A DNA stretch of 64,000 nt from a virus. Shown here piece after piece: positions 46,468-57,607 of this stretch. A program made the translations under genes and the position numbers. The notes beneath the pieces are model-generated. The model was not told the origin of the DNA. It ran no database searches and was given only the letters and a program-made list of their open reading frames with translations. The stretch spans positions 4,265 to 68,264 of the IMG/VR virus record IMGVR_UViG_3300045125_000058; one strand, written 5' to 3'. The stretch's first letter is position 1. Every line of letters begins with the position of its first letter.

Positions 46468-46545
46468 CAAAGGATGTTGGATACCGCATTTTCTCTTGAG
46501 TCTTCGAAGTACCACCCAACAGAAAATTTAGGTCCACATCCTTTG
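46468..46545 (+). ncRNA. Candidate rod-like hairpin RNA
   Basis: CAAAGGATGT(T)GGA/TCCACATCCTTTG outer stem, ATTTTCT/AGAAAAT inner stem; non-coding gap; CATAAATA at 46453-46460. Confidence 0.45.
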
Positions 46546-46552
46546 AGCGAGG

Positions 46553-46560
46553 TATAAATA
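46553..46560 (+). promoter_or_regulatory. T4 late promoter TATAAATA
   Basis: Exact consensus before ATG 46564/46573. Confidence 0.65.
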
Positions 46561-46572
46561 CCTATGTTCTAT

Positions 46573-47111
46573 ATGCTTGTAGGTGTTGACTACTCAATAA
46601 CTTGTCCGTGCTTGTGTCTGTTTGACGAGCGCAAAGACTTTAAATTTTCAAACTGTTTTTTTATTATCTGACAAATACTAAAAAATTTGCAGATAAAATT
46701 TTACCAAATATTACTGGAGAAAGTTTTCAGGAATATGTGGCCGATGTAGATCGGTTTGACAGCATATCTGATTGGGCATCAAATTTATGCATAGGGGCTT
46801 CTGACGTAGCCATTGAAGGGTATTCTTATGGCAGCAAAGGCAAAGTTTTTAATCTTGCCGAGAACATGGGTATCTTTAAGCATAAGCTCTATAAGGCCGG
46901 GGTTCCCGTGACCATCATAGAGCCGTCCAAGGCAAAGAAACTCGCCACAGGCAAAGGTAACGCTGATAAAGTGGCAATGTACAAAGCCTTCTCCGAAGAG
47001 ACGGATACAAATTTAGTGTTCACTTTTAATCAAAAATCTTTGACAAATCCGGTGACGGATATTGTGGACAGTTACTATATTTTAAAATCTTTGCTGGCTA
47101 CCAAAAATTAA
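46573..47111 (+). CDS. RuvC-like Holliday junction resolvase/RNase H-fold nuclease (frameshifted)
   Basis: MLVGVDYSITCP, VAIEGYSYG, LAENMG, KKLATGKGNADK, DIVDSY. Confidence 0.8.
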
Positions 47112-47413
47112 CGAACGTAGCGAACAGCAGATCCCTTGCCAGCATTGTCAAGTCGGTCATGGAATCTCTTTGGAACTTGACCAGATCCCTTGATTCTTGA
47201 GATCACTTCATTCCATGCACTTCCACAAACTTTAGTGGGAGTTAAAGTTGAATCGAAGGCAATGGAATTTCTTTGAGCACCCCAATTTTTGGCAACTTTC
47301 TTTTTCCCACAGTTTGGACACTTTTCCTTGGTGGGTTGGTCGTTCTCGCTCATCTTGAGGAAAACTTCAAATTCATGTTTACAGGCACCACATTCGAATG
47401 AATAATTAGGCAT
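47108..47413 (-). CDS. FmdB-family zinc-ribbon protein
   Basis: MPNYSFECGACKHEFE...CPNCG. Confidence 0.75.
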   Translation of the reverse strand: MPNYSFECGACKHEFEVFLKMSENDQPTKEKCPNCGKKKVAKNWGAQRNSIAFDSTLTPTKVCGSAWNEVISRIKGSGQVPKRFHDRLDNAGKGSAVRYVR

Positions 47414-47903
47414 TGTTTTTCTTCCTAAAAGTAATTAGCATGTGGTCAAACAGGAATCCATAGGCAGGTTCCTTTGGTTTGTTTTTGAGTTCCATCTTTG
47501 CTTCCTTTGGTGTTCTGTTTCCTTTGGTCGTATTGCAATCTTTGCATGAAGTTACCATATTGACCCAAGTGGATCCACCACCTTTTGATCTTGGAACAAC
47601 ATGGTCTACCGTGGCTGTCTTTTCACACAGATCAATTCCACAATATTGACAGACATAACTGTCTCGTCGGAAGATATTCTTGCGATTTGCAACAACCTTC
47701 TTGAAAGGCAATTTTACATAATATTTAAGAATCAAAATTTTTGGAATCTTGACAATTTTGCTGACAGAGACAACTTCATAGTATTCGGGGGATCCTTCAT
47801 CGATCCACACCTTGTCCTTTGACATCAACTTGAATGCTTTTCCAACGGTAATGATATTCAGCGGTGTATTATCTTGGTTGAGCAAGAGAACCTGCTTAGT
47901 CAT
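47406..47903 (-). CDS. HNH endonuclease (McrA/HNH_5-like)
   Basis: VLLLNQD, RKNIFRRDSYVCQYCG, TVDHVVPRSKGG, SCKDCNTTKGNRTP; ATG at 47903. Confidence 0.9.
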   Translation of the reverse strand: MTKQVLLLNQDNTPLNIITVGKAFKLMSKDKVWIDEGSPEYYEVVSVSKIVKIPKILILKYYVKLPFKKVVANRKNIFRRDSYVCQYCGIDLCEKTATVDHVVPRSKGGGSTWVNMVTSCKDCNTTKGNRTPKEAKMELKNKPKEPAYGFLFDHMLITFRKKNNA

Positions 47904-47943
47904 ACCTTTTAAGTATTTATGAAAATCTAAATATTTTACAGCC

Positions 47944-49392
47944 ATGGATAATAATAAAGATAGAAAATTTTATTGGGAAGTCAAGGATTTCATGAACAAA
48001 AAGCATGAGCCAAAGCCTTCAACTCCTTCGTCAAGTCTAAAGGATAGCATAAAAAACGTACTAGAGCAAAATAATTCTTATGTACAAAAGACATTTGACC
48101 AAAATTCACAGGCTGTCAATATTGGTTCAAACTTCATTTCTCAAAATGCAACTGTTCAAAAAGGTTACAACACAAATTGTGTAGCATACACAAAGAACAA
48201 AAATATCAACGATTTTAGCGTTGGTAAGATGATAAACGAACAAGCAACTTCTTTTGGACAATCAAATAGAGGTGGTGGTTCTGTTGGTGGTCCCGGTGGG
48301 GCTGGCGTAATGGGTGGTGGCGGTGGTGGCGGTGGATCATGGCGTGAAAGAAATCCAGAAGCATATGCCAGAAATGTTGCTGCTCAACAAGAACTAGAAG
48401 CAAAAAGAGCACAAAATGTAACCGCAAGTCGCAGACGTAGAGCAGAAGATGAGGCTGCAGATTATAACACCACTCAACCACAAGGACCAACTCCAACTGG
48501 AGGAAATATCGGAAGTGAACTTGAAATGGATCCAAACGATCCAACTATCCCATTGGACAATCCAGCAAATAGAGCAAAACTAAGAGATTTTAGACAAGGT
48601 AAACAAGCGGATTACATGGCAAAAAGAATGGCCGAAATATCAAATCGCAATCCATCAGCATCTGATGTAGCAGAGTTAAGTTTATTTAAATCAATGACAC
48701 AAGGAAAAGAAGCAAGCGTTGGTTTAGGATCTAAACTTACACAAAGAGTAGGACAAGAAGGTGCATGGGCAATGGATGTAATGAAAAATGATACTCAAGA
48801 TAATTTGGCATTTGTTTCTAGTCAATTAGGAAGAAAAGAAGCAGAAGCCAAAGCAGCAGAACAAAAAGCATACGATGATCAACTTGCTGGCGAACGATAT
48901 GCAAAAATGCAAGATCAAATTATTCAAGGCACAAACATGACGTATGGACAATTCAAGGCTCAATACGGACGAGATTATGATGCAAGAAATCCAGAAGATT
49001 CTGCAATGCTTGTCCGTGCTGCAAGTAACCGTTCTGCATTCCGCGTTTCACCAACAGCACGTGCATTAAATCAAACTACCGTAGATTTCAATAGATCCTA
49101 CAGAGACATCAATGCAGCCAACGCATCCCGTCAAGGAGAACTTGATCGTAGAGTAGATACTGCTCAAAGAGATTTGGATCAATTCAATGCTGATCGCAGG
49201 GGAACTGTTCAAGAGAAATTCAAGCAATTCAAACACCTGCATTTATTCAAGGTGTTGCTCAAGATATGGCTCGCGCTGTTGGTGGTCAAATTAGAAGAAC
49301 AAATATGATTCCTCCAACTCCTCCACAAAGACAAACAGCAGCCAGACCTTCTTCGGCATCTCAAACAGCACCAAAAACCTACAGGATCTAAT
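47944..49392 (+). CDS. Large late hypothetical protein (Gly-rich linker, helical; 3' end frameshifted)
   Basis: 454-aa ORF; CTAAATA at 47927. Confidence 0.6.
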
Positions 49393-51820
49393 ATGGATCA
49401 TCTGACAAATCTCTATCGTAATAGAGCAATTCAATTACAGAACAAAGTTCAGTTGCTTGAGCAACTTCTTTCTGAAAAGGAAGACAAGGAACCGAATGTG
49501 TACAGACAATCCGAGGCTTCTGCTGCTATGCAACAACCATGGAGAGTTGCTGCAGGACAAGAAGCATCTGTCCCTGAAAAACAAATGGCAGAACTTCAGG
49601 CAAGATTTGAAAAAGAACTAAAGAAAGAAACTCTCTTAAGAAAAGCACAAGAGGAAAAAATCTTGCTGCTATGCCACCTGAAATGCGCAAAGAATATTTA
49701 AAAGGCGCTGATAAAATAACAGATGAAATGGTAAGAGATCAGGCTTTAAAGGCTGTTGTATTCAAGCATCCAGAACTTTCTGATGTTCTCCCCGAACAAG
49801 ATTATGAAAGATTGGCTGGAAGTTTGACAAGTCCTCTTGTTGTTAGCAAGAGAGGAACTTTCTATGAACATCAACCAAATCTTTCCTCTGAAGCATTGGA
49901 GGGGTTAGTTGCCGCACAACAAGCAGCACAAGGTCCCACCGAAGATGGTGGAAATAGAGTTGGTTTCCAAATCGTAACACCAGCACATAAATCTTTCAAA
50001 GATGCTGGTTCTTGGGAAAAATTTGTAACAAAAACAATTGAAGCCTCTAAAGATCCTGAAAATATTAAATCAGCTATTGCGATGGGAATTCCAGTTGGTA
50101 TTGCTAGAAAAGGCGGACAATTACTTCTTAAACCTGTTGTTGGTGCAATAGAAAGAGCTGGAGCAAAAACAGCCGCCAAAGCAGTATCTGCAATACCTGA
50201 TGTTGCTTTAGGAACAGCATTGGTTGCGGGAACTGCAATTGATGTCGCACAAGAAAGAGAAAGAGCCGCCAAAGGACTTTCAAGTACTACTTGGCAAGAA
50301 ACTCTTGGAAGATTGGTTCCATCACTTGCATATGGTGCCCCCGGCTTTGCCACAGGGCAGGGTGTATTTGGAACTGTTGGTGCGGCTGGACGATCCAGAA
50401 TTTCTTCTGGCATGGTTCCTTCTGCACGCGGTGAAATATCTGTAAAACCAGAACCAGCAAGAGCAGCAGGACCAAAACTACCTGAAACAAAATTTGAAGT
50501 TCCAGCACAAGAACCATTTGCTCCAAAAATGGAGCCAATGACCGATGTAAAACCAAGAGTAAGAATGGTCCGTGGAAAATATGGTGAAATTACATTTGAA
50601 TTGGTTGGTGAAAGAGGACAAGTACAAGTTCCCGGTGGCCAAAGAATTTCAGGCAAACCAGAAGGAATCAATCTTCGTGGTATGGAAGGACGAAGACCAA
50701 GTGAACCAAAACCATCTCTACCTCTTCCAAGTGAAACCGCAGTACCAAAAGCACAACAAACACAAGCATCAGTTGTTTCAGACATTGCAAACATGATTAT
50801 TAATCCGCTTCAATTTTCACTAGATAAAATTAGAGCGGAAAGAATGTCTCCAAAACCAATACAAGTTGGCGTAGAACCTGCTAGATTGCCGACTCCAACT
50901 ACACCTAAACAAATAAAAGCATATTTTGATGAACCATATGCTTGGCGAAAAGCTTATGCTGATGCTGCAGCCAAAGCAGAACCAACTTTCTTCAGCTAAA
51001 CCAACAGAACCACCATCTGCAGGAAGAGTTGCAGCCACAGTTATGGGAATTCCTGGAGCAATTTCAGCCGCAGAAGCACCAATTACACCAAGAGGACTTC
51101 CACCAGTTGCAGCAGAAGTTTCAAGAATGCCTGCACGAACTGAAACTGCTCCAAGAATTGTTGTAGAGCACTGGAGTAAGCGCACCATCAGCAAGACCTA
51201 GCGGAGTTTCTGTTTCTCCAGAAGTTTCTCCTGCTCGTACTCCAACAAAATTAAGTTTATTGGACTTGGTAATGCCCAAGCAAATTGGAGATACCGTAAA
51301 ACAAGCAGCAAAAGCACAAGAAACCGCTAAAGAAGCAGAGAAGGCACCTGAAGCAGCAAAAGCACAAGAAACCGCTAAAGAAGCAGAAAAAGCACCAGAA
51401 GCAGCAAAAGAAGCAGAAAAAACTGAAGATGCTGCTAAAGATATTGCAAAAGAAACTCAAAAAGCAACAGAAGATGCAACTCAAAAAGCAACAGAACGTG
51501 CAGAAGATACTAGCAAAGAAACTTCAAGTTCAACTGTAAGCGCTTTGGCTACTTCTCTGTCAACTGCAGCCACATCGGTTGTGAATACATTTAATCAATG
51601 GGGACAAAGCAGAGTAAACTATCCACCAGATAAACCTCCTGTTGCACCTCAAAGACGAGGTCGTGGTAACGAAGGTGGTGGATTGACACCTGGAATTCCA
51701 TCAAATAAAGGTGGTATGGGTACAGGTGGAAAGGGTGCTCAAGAAAAATTGGGTATTGATTTGACGGCAGATTCTTGGGGTGGAAAATATTCAAGATATT
51801 TAAAAATTGCACCTTCGTAA
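49393..51820 (+). CDS. Large Pro/Ala/Glu-rich hypothetical protein (~800 aa if ORFs 49393, 49671, ~51000 and 51260 are joined)
   Basis: Consecutive plus-strand frames with the same composition and no intergenic signals. Confidence 0.5.
51300..51430 (+). repeat. Tandem 48-bp repeat encoding AKAQETAKEAEKAPEA
   Basis: gcaaaagcacaagaaaccgctaaagaagcaga occurs twice, plus a partial third copy. Confidence 0.8.
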
Positions 51821-51852
51821 TTTAGTGTTATAATTACATAAAGTCGTACTAA

Positions 51853-52527
51853 GTGAATATAAAAACATTTACACATAAACCTATTGAAATTTCTTGGAAA
51901 CTTGAAGAAGTAACTCAAAACGGATCGCGTTTCTACAAGACTCCTGCTGGCATTTTTCCAAGTGTCACCACGGTTGTTGGTTGGGAAAAACAAAAATTTT
52001 TCAGTGATTGGCGAGCAAAGAATCCTGAAGAAAGCAAGCGAGTCACTTCACGGGGAACAAAGTTTCACACATTGCTTGAAAATTATCTGAATAATGAAAC
52101 TTTAGATTATGACAATATTCTTTCCACACAGAAATCTCTCTTCTCTCTCATAAAACCAGAAATAGACAAGATTGACAATATCATTGCTTTGGAAACTCCT
52201 CTGTTTTCAAAGACAATAGGACTTGCTGGTAGAGTTGATTGCATTGCCGAATATGATGGAAAACTTTCCATCATTGATTTCAAGGCAAGCACAAAAGAAA
52301 AGCGTGAATCCGACATCGATAATTACTTTGCCCAAGCAACTGCTTATGCATTGATGTTCCAAGAAAGAACGGGAATAAGAATAGATAATTTTGCAATTTT
52401 AATTGCTTGTGAAGATGGTCTTCGTCAAGTCTTCTCCGGACAACCGCTTAAATATGTTAGGCATCTGTCTAATTTAATAAAGCGATACAAGGAGGCTAAC
52501 GATGTACCAAGAGCAGAAGACAATTGA
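51853..52527 (+). CDS. PD-(D/E)XK (Cas4/RecB-like) phage exonuclease
   Basis: RFYKTP, PSVTTV, RGTKFH, AGRVDCIA, IIDFKAS, YFAQATAYA. Confidence 0.9.
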   Translation: MNIKTFTHKPIEISWKLEEVTQNGSRFYKTPAGIFPSVTTVVGWEKQKFFSDWRAKNPEESKRVTSRGTKFHTLLENYLNNETLDYDNILSTQKSLFSLIKPEIDKIDNIIALETPLFSKTIGLAGRVDCIAEYDGKLSIIDFKASTKEKRESDIDNYFAQATAYALMFQERTGIRIDNFAILIACEDGLRQVFSGQPLKYVRHLSNLIKRYKEANDVPRAEDN

Positions 52528-53060
52528 AGATCAAGTAAACACCAAAGGAACCAAACTTTGGATGCAGATGAATGATAACTCCAAGGCCGCAAAATTGCGA
52601 GCCTTGTTTGTTCAACAGCACGGTGGCTTCTTCCTGCAAGACGGAAGATACTGGATTTGGAAAAGTCCAATCGAACAAGAAAATGGTTATTGGCTGAAAC
52701 GTGCTGATACGGGAGAAAAAGTCTTCTTTACAAGCATGACTGAGTTTGGTGCAAAGCATGGACTTTCTTGCGTAAAAATTTGTGAGTTGATGAACGGCAA
52801 AAGAAAGACTTATAAAGGCTGGACAGCCGTTGAACTTCGCCCCGTTCAAAAACAAGAAGGTGCAAAGAAAAAGGCAAAGAAACCAAAGAAGAAAAAGATT
52901 CAAATAACTATGTCTGCAACTTTTGTGGACACAAGAACAAATCAACAAATTCAGGTTTCAAGTATTTCCCAGTTTGCCAAAGAAAATAATCTAGACTATG
53001 CCAATCTTAGAAAATTGGCAATTGGCAAAAGCAAAAACCTATAAACATCTTAAATTATAC
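52502..53060 (+). CDS. Protein with two NUMOD/IENR1-like DNA-binding repeats and no evident nuclease domain
   Basis: FTSMTEFGAKHGLS...ICELMNGKRKTYKGW and VSSISQFAKENNLD...LRKLAIGKSK. Confidence 0.55.
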
Positions 53061-53109
53061 AATCCATTTGAGATTCCCGGCGAATCTACGGAAGGCTAAA
53101 TAATTTGAG

Positions 53110-55470
53110 ATGAACTTCATTACTCTTTTACAAAAATTACAAGAAGCAGCCACACCCAAAACAGGGCAATCTATGCAAAAGGATCGCTCCAAGGGCACTG
53201 GTACCGATGCAAAGGCCAAGGATGCTGCCAGAAAGCGTGCAGAAAGATCACGCCAAGTTCCCCGTGACCGAAAGCCAAAGCAGGAATTGGTCAAGGAAGT
53301 CATTGCTGTAAAGACCAGAGATGGTCGAATCCAATTAATCTTCAAAGATTCATTTAATGAATCAGTCCACGAAAGAGTCAGCAAGGAGACAATGACTCTT
53401 GAAGAAGCCCAACAAATTTCAAAAGATCCAAAATTTGAGCAAACACGAGCTTCTAAACTTCTTTTTGGAGATGTAAAGGACAAGGAACCCGCTGAAAAAA
53501 GGGTGGCAAAAAAGAAGAAAAGAAAGAGGGTGGAAAACCTTCTGCAAAAGGCAAGGAAGAAAAAAGGAAGACGGCAAACCAAAAGCAAAAAGACTTTCCA
53601 AAGAACAAATCTTCCAAGCCATGAGCCAAATGAGTGCTGATCAATTGGCAACTATGCCTCTTGACATGCGCCAAGATTATTTCAAGATGATGCGTAAACC
53701 TCCAACGAACGTTGATTTTGACAATGTTTCATTTGAGGCTTTATCGGTTAAATACGCAATCAGCCCAATTTCAAGTTTGCCATATAATCAGCAAGTATTG
53801 AACGCATTGATGTTCTTGGCCAAGATCAAGGCAGGTGCATCTGACCAAGAGATGCAGACATACAGTGCAGTTGCACCAAGTGCAACAGAGTTTACAAGAA
53901 CAGCCTTCAACACCGCAAGAAAGATTCTTTCACAGATTGGTGAAGAGTGCATTCAAAATTTAGTTTCTACAGTAGAAACTGGTGGACAGCCGGTTAATGC
54001 AGAAGGTTCAGTTGACATGGAATGTGGAAACTATAAGTTCAAGGTTTCTGCTGGTGGTGAAATGTCTTTGTCAACTACACAGTTTGATCAATCAAACAAG
54101 TCCTTCAGAGGGCTTATTGGCAATGCATTGATGCAAGCATTGTCAAATCCAAAATCAATTCAATCAGATCCACGCCTTGCAGAACTGATGCAAACAGGTT
54201 CTCAGGAATCACAAAATTTTCAACAACCTTGATTCCTGATGACATGGTTCAACAATTAATGCAAGATCCAGATATGGCAAAACAACTTCAATCCTTGAAG
54301 TTGAAGGATGCAACTGGAAAGGACATTGGCCCTGTCATCGATGAAGAAGGAAACTTGAATCCACTTGCATCATTGAGCAACTACCAAAATCTTTGGCTTG
54401 ATCGAAGCAAGAGCATACTGGCAGGAAACAAATCTTCCGCCAAGTCTCCATTCCGAGCCCTTGTTGCTTCCAGCATCTTAAAGAATTATCTTCGGGGTGA
54501 TGGAATTGTTGATCCCAAGATGGCTCCAAACCACTTGGTCACGGTCAATGGTGTGTTTCCAATGACAGATCAATATTTTGATGCAATTTCAACCCAAGCA
54601 GACATTGATGTAAAGCCCGCGAAGGATGTAATCAATTCATCAAACATCGGATCCTTGAAAGCATCTTCAGCCGAAGCAATGAAGAAATACCGTGTGGTTG
54701 TTGAAGCAAAGGAAGAAAAGGAAGCCAGAAGCCATCTCTCAAGCAGGCTTTGGTCAACATCAAGGACATCGATCCGGTGCAATTGATGGTATCCAATATA
54801 GTGGATAACAGGGATTTCTTATTCAATGTAAGTCTGTTGCCAGGATTCAGTCCAAAAGATTTGAATGCAGTTGAATACAACTATGTGACAATTGGAAAGA
54901 AAACAATAAAGATTCCTGTAATTACTCATGAAAAAGTAGCACAACAAATGGTGCAGGAATCTGCATTGTTGCTCAACGATTGTCTTATTGAAGCCTTGAC
55001 AAATAATTTTGTTCTTCGTGCCTTCAGAAATGTTGAACTTTTGACTGATTCAGAGCAAGCACTGTTTGAAACAAACCCAGCAGTCTTGCTTGAGTCATAT
55101 GAAGATATCACTCCTTTGAAAGAGATTTACAGATCAATAATGGAAAAGATTCAAATGAATCCTTCAATTCTTGAGGCATTCATTCTTCAACTTGAAGAAG
55201 CCGAAAGAGACTATAAGAAGGAATACAAGAATTATCATGGTAAGGCGAAGCAAAGAAAAGAAAGAGCAGCCAGAACTGCTGCCCGCGAATTGATGATCAA
55301 AGAAGGGTAGAGCAAAACGTGGTGATGGCAAGGACATTGATCACAAGAAGCCTCTGCGCAGCGGTGGTTCCAAAGGCATAAATAATCTACGCGTCAGAGA
55401 TAAATCTTCCAATAGATCTGACAATGGCCACAAAAAAGGTGAAAAACAAAACAAAGGTAGCTGGAAATGA
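53110..55470 (+). CDS. Large late protein (~780 aa joined) ending in an HNH-like domain
   Basis: CTAAATA at 53096; ORFs 53110/53621/54229/54750 abut; the end reads RDYKKEY...GDGKDIDHKKPLRSGGS...NLRVRDKSSNRSDNG*. Confidence 0.6.
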
Positions 55471-56617
55471 TCTCCAATCACATAAAGTTGATAACTGAAA
55501 AGTTTATTCAGATTCCGGTTTGGGAAAATGGTTCAACAAGGAATCTGCTGGTGGTGGACCTGGTTGGGATCGTTACAATACCAAGGGTGAAAGAGTCGGC
55601 AAATGTGGTGATGCCAAGGAAGGAGAAGCCTATGCTGCATGCCTGAGTCGTCAAAAGGCAGATAAACTTGGAAAGAAAAAGATTGGAAGTTTTGTACGCA
55701 GAAAGCGTGCAGCACAAAACAAGGCAGGAAGAGGCAAGAAGGGCGAAGGAAAGAGCGGAAAGAAGCCAATCTTTGTAAAGACGGGGGTGACTGAAGTAAA
55801 GGAATGTTTTGATTCTTTCTTGGTTGAAAATTCAAATCATGTCATTCCATTAAAATTTGCAAGCATTGAAGCACAGGAACTTCTTCCATTTGATTTGATC
55901 ATCAATGAAAATGGTGATTTCCTGAATGTAGACATGATTGAAATTACAGAAGATGGGAAGTATGAAGTAACCTTCACAGATGAATTTGGCTGCGAATTGA
56001 AAGAGTCTTTCAGTCCAGATACAACTATGGGATTTGTTGATGTAACTGAAGGTGGAGAATACAATGACTTTGATGAAATGCTGGAACTTCACGAAGAAGA
56101 AAAGAAAAAAGTCAAACTCAACAAGATCATGCGTGGTGATGTCAAAAAGTACAAAGTTTATGTAAAGAATGATAAAGGAAATGTCGTCAAGGTAAACTTT
56201 GGTGATCCTAACATGGAAATCAAGCGTGATGATCCTGCACGAAGAAAGAACTTCCGTGCCCGTCATAACTGCGACAATCCCGGTCCTCGTTGGAAAGCTC
56301 GTTATTGGGCTTGTAAGACTTGGAGTGCAAAGCCAGTTTCTGCCATGTTGAAGGAATCAGAAATTCTTGATGAAGCCAATAACAAACCAAAGAATCCAAA
56401 AAAATGGTCATCCTGCATTGCACAAGCAAAACAAAAATTTGATGTGTATCCATCTGCATATGCAAACGCTTGGGCTGCAAAATGCTACAAAGGCAAAGGT
56501 GGAAAGTGGAAAAAATTGACAGAAGAGATCGCAGAATATGCTCTTAACAGCATGAAGAACAAAATTTATAATCCAGATCTTTTTGGATTGATAAAGAATA
56601 GAAACGGTAAAAATTAA
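55467..56617 (+). CDS. Modular basic protein with conserved phage motifs (frameshift near start)
   Basis: LGKWFNKE...KCG...ACL; KKYKVYV...VNFGDPNM...RKNFRARHNC...ARYWAC; AKQKFDVYPSAYANAWAAKCYK..GGKW. Confidence 0.65.
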
Positions 56618-56636
56618 TCTAAATAGAAGAGAAGCC

Positions 56637-57190
56637 ATGAAATTTAAACAATTACTTTCAAAAATCAACACATTGGTCGAAAATGCTCCTGAGCAAACTT
56701 TCGGTGGTGGTCTTTACATCGGAGATCCCCAAGGAGCAGGAAAAGTTTCAGCTCTTTCCGACAAAGGAACTTTTAATCTAAAACTTCCTCGTTCGATTGA
56801 TGCAATCAATGCATTGCTTCATACCTTTTCAAACAGAGATTACATCGATCCAGATGGTCTGACAGGCATCGTAAAGCAGAAGTTGAATCACTTTGGCCTT
56901 GACTTCTCTTGCAGTGGCAAGGTTGGCGATGGCGAGAATGTATATGAACTTGTTCAATACGGAAGCCCACAACTGGGTGTATATGGACAAAATCCTTATG
57001 ATGATGTTAATAAGACAGGCTTTAAGCAAGGTGATGGAATCAAGGAAAAACTAGGCCACTCCCTAAATTTGGTAGTATCTGTTCAAAGAATGCCAAATGG
57101 TCTTCGTAAAAGTCGGAATGATGATTGTTCCAGCCAATTCTTCTTCATACAACAGTGACATGGCAGGTTCTGATTGTGGATGCCAGCATT
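56637..57190 (+). CDS. Late hypothetical protein
   Basis: CTAAATA at 56619; 173-aa ORF, 3' end probably frameshifted. Confidence 0.55.
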
Positions 57191-57199
57191 AATCTATTG

Positions 57200-57598
57200 A
57201 TGCAAGAAAAAATAAATTCTCTGACAGAAGAAAACTTTGTTGAATTCTGTCAGAGATATTATTTTAATCCAGAGTGTTCTGGAAAGAATGAGTTCGTGGA
57301 TGACCTCAAGCGTGTAAAATACATAAAAAGATTATTGCAAAAAATCCATAAGCACAAGACTCTAAAGTCAATTCGTGAACGATTAATAATAAACCATCTG
57401 ATAATTTTAAGAAATGTATTCGGGGACCAAAATTGTTCCCGAATTTTGTTTTTCAAGTTAGAACCTCGACTACACTCATATCTCAAATCTTTCACCGTAT
57501 TCTTGGAATTTGAGATAAAAAATTCACCAGAAGTAAGATACTCAGAATTGAATACTGATCCCAGAGTGGATCGAAAACTCTCTCTGACAGAAAACTAA
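57200..57598 (+). CDS. Conserved T4-like phage hypothetical protein
   Basis: LTEENF...YFNP...EFVDDLKRVKYIKRL...RERLIINHLIILRNVFG..LFFK. Confidence 0.7.
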   Translation: MQEKINSLTEENFVEFCQRYYFNPECSGKNEFVDDLKRVKYIKRLLQKIHKHKTLKSIRERLIINHLIILRNVFGDQNCSRILFFKLEPRLHSYLKSFTVFLEFEIKNSPEVRYSELNTDPRVDRKLSLTEN

Positions 57599-57607
57599 AT
57601 ATTTTAG

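Noticed and set aside
49871-50794. 307-aa minus-strand ORF and other long antisense ORFs (e.g. 53055-53651, 38121-38699)
   Set aside because: Shadow ORFs opposite well-supported plus-strand genes, with no recognisable motifs or SD.
51300-51430. CRISPR-like repeat array
   Set aside because: In-frame coding tandem repeat without unique spacers; the nearby Cas4-like gene is the usual stand-alone phage exonuclease.
53064-53095. Small hairpin AGATTC-ccggc-GAATCT before the 53096 late promoter
   Set aside because: Only 6 bp and no U-tract; too weak to call a terminator or ncRNA.
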